A program made the position numbers and the translations under genes. A DNA stretch of 64,000 nt from Thecamonas trahens ATCC 50062 (Eukaryota > Protista > Apusomonadida): positions 1-64,000 of the forward strand of contig NW_013657673.1 of assembly GCF_000142905.1 (NCBI RefSeq). Direction: 5' to 3'. The notes beneath the pieces are model-generated. The model ran no database searches, was not told the DNA's origin, and worked only from the letters and a program-made list of their open reading frames with translations. Numbering within the stretch: the stretch's first letter is position 1; each line of letters begins with the position of its first letter. Positions 45,585-56,049 of the stretch are shown here, piece after piece.

Positions 45585-46772
45585 TCATTGCAGCACCCGC
45601 TCTGCGCGATCAATAAAGTACCGCGGCTCACGGATGACGGCCACCGGGTCGACATGGACGAGATGGCCTGCGGCAGCGAGCCGGGCGTAGTCGGCTGCCG
45701 AGGCGTGGTGGCCGGCGGCCTTGCCGCCCTCGCAGCCATCGTCGTCGACAAAGCGCACGTCGACGATGCTGCGCTCGTCGCGCGGCCGCAGATTGTCGTC
45801 AAAGAAGATCTCAGCAGGCGCCTGCCCGCGCTCGCCGTCCAGTGCAAAGAGCTTGCCGGCATGCGCAGCCTCGCCGGCGCGTGACCACGCCGCAAACTCG
45901 TCGCGGACAAACATGACTCGCGCCGCTCCAGGCGCAACAAGATGGGAGAGGAGCTCCCGCCGGACACCGCACACGTCCTGCGCCGCCACCCGGCCATCGT
46001 CCATGACCATTGTCACCGCGTCGGTGCCCGATCGGACAAGTTCGGCGGCGCGGGTAGTCGCCGCCGCCGGATGGAGGCCACGCCAGACGGCTGCCATCAC
46101 GGGCTTGCCAGCAGCCTCGGCCGCAGCCACTCCGGCGTCGACAGCGCGAGCTAACGCTGCACGGACAGCATCGAGCTCAGAGCCAAAGGTGCGAAAGACG
46201 AGGCCGAACGAGGCGAGGCCGCCGGAGGCGACGGCAGTGACCGCGGCGTCGAGCAGAGCCACGGCTGCATCAACCACAAACGGGTCGCGGCTCCGACTCA
46301 GCGCGTCACGAAGCTCCTGCGCCTGTGCCCACGCCTCACGCTCATACGTCGAGCTTGTGGGCCGCCCGTAGTGGCAGGTCAACGCCTTGCGCTCGCCCCG
46401 GATCGCCGCAACCGTGTCGGCGTCAACCGGCGGCGGCGGCAACGGCAGAGCCACCGTATCGACAAAGGTCTTGTACGAGCTGATCTGCGCCGCCCTTGCC
46501 CGATCGCCTGTCACCAAGACCGACGTCGGCAGCGGGAGCCGCGTCCATGACACCGGCGGCGAGGTTGGTGAGCCATGCCGGTCCGAGGGTGATACCGGCG
46601 TTGGAGGAGGACGCGGGCAGAATCCCATTGCCTGCTCGGCCGTCAGCTCGCAGCAGACATCGAGCTGCGACTTGCCGCCGGCTTGATCAACCATGGCGAT
46701 GGTCTTGTTAATGTCGAGGTGGACGACGAGCGATCTGCTCGCCGCTGCCGCCGGGAGCCTGAAGGCAAGCAT
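45585..46772 (-). CDS. Hypothetical protein with HAD-like motifs
   Basis: VVHLDINKTI (motif I-like), LVFRTFG, IFFDDN (motif IV-like). Confidence 0.65.
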   Translation of the reverse strand: MLAFRLPAAAASRSLVVHLDINKTIAMVDQAGGKSQLDVCCELTAEQAMGFCPRPPPTPVSPSDRHGSPTSPPVSWTRLPLPTSVLVTGDRARAAQISSYKTFVDTVALPLPPPPVDADTVAAIRGERKALTCHYGRPTSSTYEREAWAQAQELRDALSRSRDPFVVDAAVALLDAAVTAVASGGLASFGLVFRTFGSELDAVRAALARAVDAGVAAAEAAGKPVMAAVWRGLHPAAATTRAAELVRSGTDAVTMVMDDGRVAAQDVCGVRRELLSHLVAPGAARVMFVRDEFAAWSRAGEAAHAGKLFALDGERGQAPAEIFFDDNLRPRDERSIVDVRFVDDDGCEGGKAAGHHASAADYARLAAAGHLVHVDPVAVIREPRYFIDRAERVLQ

Positions 46773-46889
46773 ACGACGATAGCGAGTGAGGTGTGACGTA
46801 GTAGCCCGGGAAAAGCAGGAGGGGGGGGGGGGGGGGGAAGCTACCTCCAAGAACAACACTATGTCACCCTATGTTGATGCCTTCTTCAT

Positions 46890-47841
46890 TCACTTGCGGG
46901 CGAGGGCCGAGGACGACGGCTTGGGCACGACGGCGTGGCCCTCCGAGAGGTGAACCTCGACGTGGCACGGCGAGCACATGTAGGCGTTGATGCGGCCGTG
47001 GGCGCGGAAGGTGCGGCGGCGGGTCTTGGGCGCCTGCTGGACGGCAATGCGCTTGACAAACAGCTTCTCAGTGTCGAGCTCCTTAAGCTCAGCCGAGGCC
47101 TGGGCGTTCTGGAGGAGGCCGAGGATGACCTTGGCAGACTTCTGCGGCCACCGACCGTTGGTCGCCTTCAGGTTCTTCATCTGCGAGTGCTTGCCCGGGC
47201 CACCGGTGAAGCGGCGGAACGGAACGATCTCCTTCTTTGCGATCACGTTCTTGAGGTACGCCACCGCGCGCTCGAGCTTCATGCCGCGGATAGCATGAGC
47301 GGTCTCACGGGTGTTCTTGAAGTGGACGCGGAGGCTGCTCCCGCGAGCCTTGCACGCTGTAATTCGCCACACACATCCATGTGAGTCATGCCCTCCTCCT
47401 CCTCGTCTGTCATACGCGCCTTGCGCCTTGCCCATCCCTGCCCCACCCGGCGCCCCCCCGTCTGCCAATGCCCACCTCTGATCCGACGAAAAACACCGCC
47501 TCGAGAGCAGCCTCCTCAGCCTCCCCCTGCGAGCTTGCTTCAAGCCAGACGGCCTCAAGCCAAAGAGACGCAAGATGCAGACGTGCTTGTGTGTTGGTCA
47601 CAGTTGCAGGCCCGTGGGTGCGGCGACAGAGCCAGACGTGGGCCGAGCACGGCAGCCTCCGGCACAAATGGGCCATCTCGGGCATCGGAATCATTGCGTC
47701 CGACGAGGGCTGTGCGGGTGCGGCATAGGGGCATACCCACTGCCATGGGGTACACACAACAAGGTCCATGCCTCTACGTAGTAGCTACCGGTGGTACGTA
47801 CACTTCTTCGCGTTTTCCGGCTTGTACGCGTACTTGACCAT
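46890..47841 (-). CDS. RPL17: 60S ribosomal protein L17 (uL22); intron 47357-47801
   Basis: MVKYAYKPENAKK(S)|CKARGSSLRVHFKNTRET..GRWPQKS..RRTFRAHGRINAYMCSPCHVE. Confidence 0.97.
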
Positions 47842-48270
47842 TGTACAGGGAGAGGAGAGGTTGCCGTCTCGTCAAACAAATCGCTGCCGTCAATTGAGCT
47901 CGCGTGTTTCCCGCTCGCTCATCCGAATCTGTTTTTCACTTTTCGCCAATCCGAGCCGACGCAACCGACGCAACCTGCGCGGCACCGACGCAACCCAACC
48001 CGTGCGTCGCACGACCCAACAGCCGGCATCCTCCCCTTGTGCTCAACGATGTCACAAACTCCAACGCTTCGACTCCATCCATCACTGGACAGTCTCGACC
48101 ATCCTCTGATCGACTTGTTTGTTGTTCATTTCTCTCGCCCCGTCTCCCAGGGTCTCATCTTGTGCTCGAGCTCGGTTGCGACCGCATCGTGAAACGGCGC
48201 GAGCCGAGTGTGGCGACAGGCTCCACATCTCAAGCTCTTCTGCGCATGCGCTGGACTCAGAGCCAGACAA

Positions 48271-49076
48271 TCAGGCCGACGGTCCGGCCTCGCCCGGCCA
48301 GTACCCGCCGTAGGGGCCTGGATACTCGCGGTTGTGAGTCGAGTGCGACGGCGGGAGGCCGCGTAGAGGATAGCCGCGGCGCATGCGCGAGCCGTGGATG
48401 CTGTGGAGAACGTCGTTGATGGTAGCCTCGTAGACGGCGTCAAACTCGGCGCGATACGCCGGGTCGCGCTCCAGCCGGTAGTCTGGGTCCCAGTTGTCGC
48501 GGTTTGCGTAGTACGGTCTGCGGAAGACGCCGCCGACCGTCCACCCAAACCGGAGCAGCAGCCGGCCCTTGTTCTCCTCCGTTCTGCGTCCGCGCTTGTC
48601 GCGGACATCAAACCACTGCTCATCGGGCACGCCGCCGCGCGGAATCAGCCGCTCCGCGATGACTACCCGCCCGAGGTAGTCTTCGCCGACCTTGTCGTCG
48701 TCCCACAGATCAACCTCGATCACATCGCCGTGATCATCAGGTTCAAACTCAAGCACTTCATCCCACACCGGGTTGAGCGTCCGCTTCATCACCCTTGTCT
48801 TCAGCTCCTGCTTCCGATACCTGACTGCAGCGTACGGATCCGACTTGCCCTTGCCACGATCCCGTTTGGCCAGCCCCTCTGCCTTGATCACTATCTCCCT
48901 CCGGTCCCCCCGCCCCCGCCATCTCTCCATCAGTCCCTTTCCGCATCTCCGTTCCCCTCTCTGCCCACCATCCTCCATCATCATGCCCATGCCGATGCCG
49001 ATGCCGATGCCCTCCCCCCCCCCCCCCCCCTCCCCCTTGCAGCGAGACCAGGCCGGGGCTGGGACCCCAACACCAT
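48271..49076 (-). CDS. C2-domain protein; first exon uncertain, main exon 48271-48890
   Basis: VIKAEGL..KSDPY..KTRVMKRTLNPVWDE..DLWDDDKVGEDYLG, with the Ca2+-ligand Asp residues present. Confidence 0.8.
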
Positions 49077-50080
49077 CTCTTCAACCCCTTCGAGTTTTCG
49101 CCCCACGATAGCTCCACACTAAGACCGATATTGCTCATACCCGTCCAGATGTCGTTGGAGAGAGTCATGACGCTCGTTGCTCTAAGGAGAAGGCCGCTGA
49201 ACGTCCTCGTGGCACTCAATGTACGAGAATGAGTCGGCCGAAGATATGAGAGCTGAAGATACGTCCGAGCGACTCCGCACTTACGATAATCCGACAGCCC
49301 GCGGTGTAGAATGAGAAGAACGTGCGTCTAAAACGCGTCGCCGACTAGNNNNNNNNNNNNNNNNNNNNNNNNNNNNNNNNNNNNNNNNNNNNNNNNNNNN
49401 NNNNNNNNNNNNNNNNNNNNNNNNNNNNNNNNNNNNNNNNNNNNNNNNTCCCCCCCGTCCACCTCGACCGTTGCCGTCCCTTCCACCCCCACCCCCACCC
49501 CCACCGACCCACCGACCCACATACCATGCACCACAAGCACATCATCCACAGCACCCTCTTCCTCAGAGTACGATGACATGACCACCCGAGTGTGTACTGG
49601 TTGAGGTAGTCAGGTAACAGCTCCCGTCCTCGTCCCCGTTGCCTTGCACCACGCAGGCGACTCACGCCTCTCCCCCCCTCCCCTCCCCCCTCCCCTCCCC
49701 TCTCTGCTCATGCCCCGCTAGCCACATCAATGGGCAAGACATAGATTCAAGCTTTCCATTCCACCCATCCATCATCTCTACATTATACCCACGACAGTCA
49801 TCATGACATATGCCGTGTGTAAGGGAGTACGATCGCGTGCCCTATCGTGCTCCCCCCCTCCCCCTCCCCCCGCGTGCAGTTGCCGTCCCCTCCCCCCCCA
49901 ACCCCCCTCATCGACAACTTGCTTGTTGCCTTTGGCGGATATACCCTGGGACCGTCAGCGTGATCAGTGCAACAGCGTCATGTACCTCGATCTCCTCGAC
50001 CTGTCGTGAGAAGTACGCTGCTCGTCATCACTGGCTCATGCCGGAGACCACCTGTCTAACGGACAAGACGCTACGGTAGG

Positions 50081-51097
50081 ATGAACCTGCTCCGGACAGG
50101 GCGACTCACACTCACTGCGCTTGTCACGCCGAGAGTGGCGACCACAAGCGCATGCTCGGGCTCTGTTGGCTCGCTCGACCTCGCGGCGCTCGAGGATAAC
50201 GTTCGCAGGCAGGCGGCGTCGGGCGTGACGGGCCTGGTGGCACTCGGCTCGTCGGGCGAGTGGTCCTCGCTGGCGTTTGATGCAAAGGCGACGGTGCTCG
50301 AGGTGGTGGGCGATGTAGAGCGGCGCCGGCGAGCCGATGATCCTTCAGCTTCGCCGCTCCTTCTCACCGCAGGAACCGGCGGCAACTGTCCGGATGAGTC
50401 CCGCGAGCTGGGCGAGGTGGCTGCCGCCGCTGGCTTTGCCGCCCTTATGGTCGTCCCGCCGCACTACTACGGGCCGATGACAAGCAAGAGCGATCTGCTC
50501 GCCTACTACCTCGAAGTTGCCGACTCGGCACCGCTCCCGGTTGTTCTGTACAACATTCCTCAGCTCACTGTCGGCGTCGATCTCACGCCCAGCATGGTCA
50601 GCAAGCTCGCTAGCCATGCCAACGTGGTTGGCATCAAGGACTCGATCGGCTCGGTTGTCCGGCTCCAGCAGCTGGTGGCGGCGACGGCCAACGCCGATGA
50701 CTTTGCGGTCATCACAGGCTCGCCGTCGATTCTGGTCCCAGCGCTCATGGCTGGCGCTGCAGGCTCGATCACCGGCCTCGCCAACGTCTGCGCTGCGCGG
50801 GTCGAAGCACTCACCGCCGCCACGTCGGCCGTTCTCGAGCACGGCGCTTCCGCCGACCGCATGCAGGCCATTGTTCGCGAACAGGCTGCGCTTGCCACCG
50901 CCAACAACAAGCTTGGTGCCTATGGCATTCCGGGCCTCAAGGCCGCAGTCGACATCGCCGGCGCAGGTACAGCCGGCCTCCCGTTTGCGCCCATGACTCC
51001 GGTGACGGGCGACGAGCGCGACGCCATTGCCGCTCTCCTTGATGCCACCTCGGGCATTCCGCTTGCGCGCCCGATCGATCCAGCGACAGCGCTCTGA
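50081..51097 (+). CDS. DapA/DHDPS-family class I aldolase (HOGA1-like)
   Basis: ALVTP, LGSSGE, AGTG, VPPHYY, VVLYNIP, GIKDS (Schiff-base Lys), GIPGLKAA. Confidence 0.88.
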   Translation: MNLLRTGRLTLTALVTPRVATTSACSGSVGSLDLAALEDNVRRQAASGVTGLVALGSSGEWSSLAFDAKATVLEVVGDVERRRRADDPSASPLLLTAGTGGNCPDESRELGEVAAAAGFAALMVVPPHYYGPMTSKSDLLAYYLEVADSAPLPVVLYNIPQLTVGVDLTPSMVSKLASHANVVGIKDSIGSVVRLQQLVAATANADDFAVITGSPSILVPALMAGAAGSITGLANVCAARVEALTAATSAVLEHGASADRMQAIVREQAALATANNKLGAYGIPGLKAAVDIAGAGTAGLPFAPMTPVTGDERDAIAALLDATSGIPLARPIDPATAL

Positions 51098-51106
51098 CGC
51101 CGGCCA

Positions 51107-52983
51107 TTAGACAGCATGGAGTCCACGCTGCCGCTCGCCGCTGGCCATGGCCTGCGCCTTCAGCCGCCACTTGAGCGTCGCCGGGAAGCTGCGGTCGGCG
51201 CCCGAGACAAAGGCCCACCAGTTGCCGGCCACACCCTCGTCGAATGGATTAAACTTTTGACCATCACTGTTGCGCAAGTACCGATACTTGGCGCCGTTGC
51301 GGACCTCGTTGAATAGCTCGTTGCGCGAGATGAACCAGGTCTGGGAAAACCAGATGGCGCCAGCAAAGACAAAACCAAAGACAAGGACAAGCGAGTTCCA
51401 CATCGGCCAGCTAAGCTCGACCCACGACACGTTGTCCAAGCTGCTGCTGACCAGGGTGCCCGATCGGACCGTCGCCCACCACGCCACCGCGCCGAGCCGA
51501 GTCCGAGGCACGAGATGGACAAGCGCCGCGAGAGTGTATGCGGTAGTCAAGAGGAGAAAGACATAGAACGGGCCGTGGTTGCCGGCACCCACGCACGTTC
51601 CCGTCGCATCGCAGTGGTGGTCCATGGCCGGCACACATCCGCGGCACCGCGCACAGTGCTTGGCCCGCAGCGGCCGGACGGCGTCGCACGTCTGGCAGTA
51701 GCCGGCAACCAGCGTCGGAGGCGCCCACGCGTACATGTCGATCGGCTGTGCCGCACCGCGGATCTCGCCCGGCATCTCGTCGAGCGCAGGACTCACTAGC
51801 GAGAGCTTGGTCGTCGAGAACGGGAAGCCAGGATGCGGCGTGCGGAACCGTGGTGCGAGGTACACGCCTGACGGCGAGGTGACCAGATGGAGGAACGAGA
51901 TGAGGACCGCCATCGCGCCGCAGCTCCACATCAGCCACTCGGACGTGCTTGCGTAGCCCGCCCAGGTAGATACAAAAGCCACAGTGCTAGAAATGAGGCC
52001 GCAGCAAATGGCCGGGACCCATCGCGGGTGGCTAATGACGTTGCGGTTTGACTTGACAAAGTTCATCATGCCGAGACCAAGCGGGACAATCACGAGTACC
52101 CACGGGCCGCCGAGCGCCATCAGTGCCGCGACGACGGCAGTGAGGGTAAAGCCAAGTCCTGCCGCCACCTTGCCGGCGGCCTCCAGCGAGACCATGCCGT
52201 CGTCGAGCGCCACGTCCGGGTCGCGCAGCCCAACCGGGACGCCAGCGATGCGCTCGAGGTACGTTGCCAGCAGCGTGGCCTCACCGGAGCCGACGCCCGC
52301 GCGAGCCTCAGCCTGTGCCAGCCGGACCGCCACATCCAGCGCGCTTTCGCCGACCTCGTCCTGGATCCGCAGCCGCGCACCGGCGGCAACAAGCTTGGAG
52401 ACCGAGATGGGGAAGACAGCAGCGGTGGCGAGGTGCAGCGGGTGCGGCCGCGGGCATCGACTGCGTCCAGATCCGCCTTTGCGACGATGAGCACGTCGAG
52501 CGCCTCGCGATGCCCCGCAGCGGCAGCAACCGCCAGTGGCGTCCGCCCGGCACCGTCCTTGGCGTTCAACAGCTTGCGTCCCTCGGGCACCGTCGCCGAG
52601 CAGACCAGCAGTCGCAGAAGGAGGAAGGCATTGCACGCCGCAGCGCAATGGAGCAGCGTCTCGCCACCGCGTGAGCGAGCCGTCACCGACGCACCCGCCA
52701 CTACCAGCTCGGCGAGCATGCCGGCGGCATGCGGCGAGTCCTTGCCCGCAGCGAGACAGAGGGCGGCCGCAGGCGTCAGGCTGCTCGACCCCGCTTTGGC
52801 GTCTATCACCTGAGCACAGAGTCGCAGCAGTGTGCGGAACTGCTTCCGCGATGGCGGATGTGCAGAGGTGACGGCGATGTGGAGCACGGTCTCGCCCGAG
52901 CTGCTACACACCTCGGATGCGTCGCCACTCTCCAGTCGGCAGATCCGCTCCCACCGCCCGTACCGCGCGAGGTCGATGGCCAT
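51107..52983 (-). CDS. Ankyrin-repeat DHHC palmitoyltransferase (Akr1/ZDHHC17-like); frameshift ~52442
   Basis: Ankyrin repeats GETVLHIA, GETLLHCAA, GRTPLAVAA, GRTPLHLA; CQTC..RAKHCARC..DHHC..CVGAGNH; NPFDEG. Confidence 0.9.
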
Positions 52984-53036
52984 GAGTCAAGTGGTGCGGG
53001 GGCAGGGGCAGGGGCAACGGGTGCGGCACGCGGGTT

Positions 53037-53840
53037 TTACTTTGATGTATTGAGCTTGAACTGCCAGACCGAGAAGATAAAGGTGGCAAGGTACATGCCT
53101 GCAGCGATGTAGCAGGCGGTGCCTGTCTTCTCCTTGTCGGACTTGTTCATCTCGCCCTCCGGGTCGACGAGGTTATCGTTGCCAGAGAACAAGAAGCCCA
53201 GGACAGCGAGCATGACCAGACCCCAGGCCGAGATAACCGAGCAGCAGGCCGAGCATCCGTAGCCGCAGATGGGCCACTTGCACTTGGTTCCGCTCGTGCT
53301 GCCAGCCTCATCCTGCGAACCGATCTGGTTGCGTCTACGGCGGGTCGACTGCCTCCATCCATTCGTCACCACCAGAACCATCATACCAACGACAACGACA
53401 GTCACCACACCAAGCGGACCAAGTCGGTCATCACCATCGCCATCACCATCGCCATCATGGTCATGCCCACGTCGACCGGGAGACGACGACGACCAGGACC
53501 GGTCCAAACCCCGCATGCCGCCGCCACCAGCACCGCATAGAGCCACAGCAGCCACATAGGCGAGTGTCACAGAGATAGAGCATACGTATAGTGTACCAAG
53601 GGAGTGAGTGTGGCGGTAGGGTCGAGGGGAGGAGGGAGGGAGGGGGGGGAAGGGGGGCAGGGAGGGCGATCACCACCGAGTCGAACCAAGTCACGCGCAG
53701 GTTGCGCCGCATGTCCAAGCGCATGAGGGACGGAACATGGTAGATGGAGAGAAAATAAGCACACCTTGGTATAGAAGAGGTAGTTTGGGGGGAATGGGGA
53801 GAGTTTGGGGTGGTGAGGAGGCAGGAGTCGTTCGTACCAT
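53037..53840 (-). CDS. RNASEK: RNase kappa / V-ATPase subunit f homologue; ATG-only first exon 53838-53840, intron 53313-53837
   Basis: ICG..SACCSVISAWGLVMLAVLGFLF..CYIAAGMY..QFKLN; ATG|GTACG..CAG|GAT in frame. Confidence 0.85.
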
Positions 53841-53896
53841 AGGCAAGGAGATGAGGCAAGTGGTTGAGGCCGTCGTCGCGGCCGTGGCCGTCACCG

Positions 53897-53960
53897 ATCG
53901 GTCGGTCGGTCGGTCGGTCGGTTGGTCGGTCGGTTGGTCGGTCGGTCGGTCGGTCGGTCG
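53897..53960. repeat. (GGTC)n tetranucleotide microsatellite
   Basis: About 15 ggtc/ggtt units in the divergent RNASEK-Rho intergenic region. Confidence 0.9.
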
Positions 53961-54080
53961 ATGGTGCCCCCCCCCGCCGTCCCCCGTTTGGGCGCAAGGG
54001 GAGAGAGCTCAAAACGGGGCGGTTCGGCGTAGTCGTTGATCTGATGGGTAAGCTCTCCCAGAATCTGCCATCGCCTCATC

Positions 54081-54683
54081 ATGCAGAATATCAAGCTTGT
54101 GGTGGTGGGAGACGATGGGGTGGGGAAGACCAATCTGCTCCTCACGTACACGCAGAACAGGTACACGGGCAACACGGGCTACACGCCGTTGGTGATGGAC
54201 AACTATGGCGGGACAAATGTGATGTTCGGCTCGACGCCTGTCTCGCTCTCGATGTGGGACACAACAGGCTGCGAGGACTACGATCGCCTGCGTCCGCTCT
54301 CGTATCCGTATACAGATGTCTTTCTCGTCTGCTACTCTGTGGCGTCACGGACATCGTTTGAGCACGTCGCCTCCCGGTTCGCTCCCGAGATCACCCACCA
54401 CTGCGGCGATGCTCCCAGGATCCTCGTCGCGCTCAAGGCCGACATACCCGAAGACGATCGGACAGTCACATACAAGGACGGCCAAGAGCTTGCCGATGCC
54501 ATCGGCGCCGCTGCCTTTGTCGAAGTCTCGTCACTCCTCCACCTCGGCACTGATTCCGAGACCGACTCGGATCTCCGCACAACTGTTCCGGCCGTCTTTC
54601 AGCTCGCCATCAAGACAGCGCTCGAGAACTGTAGCTCGACATCAGGCACGCCGCGATCCAAGCACAAGTGCTTGATCATGTAA
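54081..54683 (+). CDS. Atypical Rho/Rac-family GTPase, copy 1
   Basis: IKLVVVGDDGVGKT, WDTTGCEDYDRLRPLSYP.TDVFLVCYSV, LKAD, CAAX CLIM. Confidence 0.93.
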   Translation: MQNIKLVVVGDDGVGKTNLLLTYTQNRYTGNTGYTPLVMDNYGGTNVMFGSTPVSLSMWDTTGCEDYDRLRPLSYPYTDVFLVCYSVASRTSFEHVASRFAPEITHHCGDAPRILVALKADIPEDDRTVTYKDGQELADAIGAAAFVEVSSLLHLGTDSETDSDLRTTVPAVFQLAIKTALENCSSTSGTPRSKHKCLIM

Positions 54684-54882
54684 ACCCAAGCAGTATTTGG
54701 TCCCGAGTCAAGCCCGTCCAGGCTAATCGCAGCCGATCAGTTGGGACAACGCTTAGTTGCCCCTACGATTGGCAACCATCATGTAAACCCAAGCAGTATT
54801 TGGTCCCGAGTCAAGCCCGTCCAGGCTAATCGCAGCCGATCAGTAGGGACAACGCTTAGTTGCCCCTACGATTGGCAACCAT
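54675..54882. repeat. 103-bp tandem duplication (one mismatch) containing a stem-loop
   Basis: 54675-54777 repeats at 54778-54880; difference cagttggg vs cagtaggg. Confidence 0.95.
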
Positions 54883-54933
54883 TGAATGTGTAGCTGCGGA
54901 GTGGCAGCTCACCCGACTGACAGGCCCGCGGTA

Positions 54934-55541
54934 ATGCAGAGGGTCAAGGTTGTGGCCGTCGGTGACGATGGCGTGGGAAAGACCTCGCTCTTCACCACCT
55001 ACGGCGACGACGCGTTCCCACACGACTTTGTGGCTCCTATCCAGGACTGGTGCATCGAAGTCGTCCACGAGTCGCCCGAGTCAGGCACAGAGCCTCGGCC
55101 GATCATACTCGCGCTCTTTGACACGCCCGGTGGCGACAAGTACGACAGCTTACGCCCGCTCGGCTACGTCGATACTGATGTGTTCCTTCTCTGCTACTCG
55201 GTGGCCTCGCGTGCATCATTCGATCGCATCGCTGCCAAGTTTGTCCCCGAGATCGACCACCACGGCCCGAAGGCGTGCCTCGGATCCTTGTTGGCCTCCA
55301 GGCCGATACCTCCGACTCTGAGCGATCCGTGACATTCCAGGATGGCCAGGCCCTTGCAGACTCTATCGCCGCGGTCGCCTTTGTTGAGATCGCCGCCAAG
55401 TCGCACATCGCCTCGAGTGCCCAGCGCACACACGCATATCCCGCCCTCACCACCGTCCCGGGGCTCATCCACTTTGCGATCGAAACTGCCATCGCCTCGC
55501 AGCCGTCGCCCCCTCCACCACGCAAATGCATCATCGTGTAA
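54934..55541 (+). CDS. Atypical Rho/Rac-family GTPase, copy 2; frameshift ~55267
   Basis: VKVVAVGDDGVGKT, FDTPGGDKYDSLRPLGY.DTDVFLLCYSV, PRILVGLQAD, CAAX CIIV. Confidence 0.88.
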
Positions 55542-56049
55542 ACCCTCCATCGCTTTCCCCGTCACCCAAGTGCTAAGACCGGCCAGGCCCAGCGGCCACG
55601 GCAGCGCTTCCACCAAGTGCAGCCAGCCACTCGGCGTCTTGGGGTTGGCATCCAGCCGACGTGGTCGAAGATACACATCATCGCATCCACCACATCCTCT
55701 CCCTCTCCCCTTACGCCTCCACGCCGACTACCCGCCGGCCTCAACGCACTCTCAGATCAAAGACTGGAGGTGATGATGTGGCTCGCCGTGGCACGCCGCA
55801 CCTTGCCGGGACTGGAATTGGTTGCTTCGCCTGAGCAGACGAGCGCGGCTCGTGCGACATGGTCGACGATGACGAGTTGGAGCGGCGAGAGAAGGAGGAG
55901 CCACGGCCTTGCACCGCTCGCCCATTCGAGGAGGGCATGTCCGGAAATGACAATGAGTACGTATCAGATGTTCTTGATGTAGACAACCAAGTAGCACTGG
56001 TCATGGTTACCTCCTGAGCCCATGGCAGGCCAGGAAGGGTGCGGCGGAG

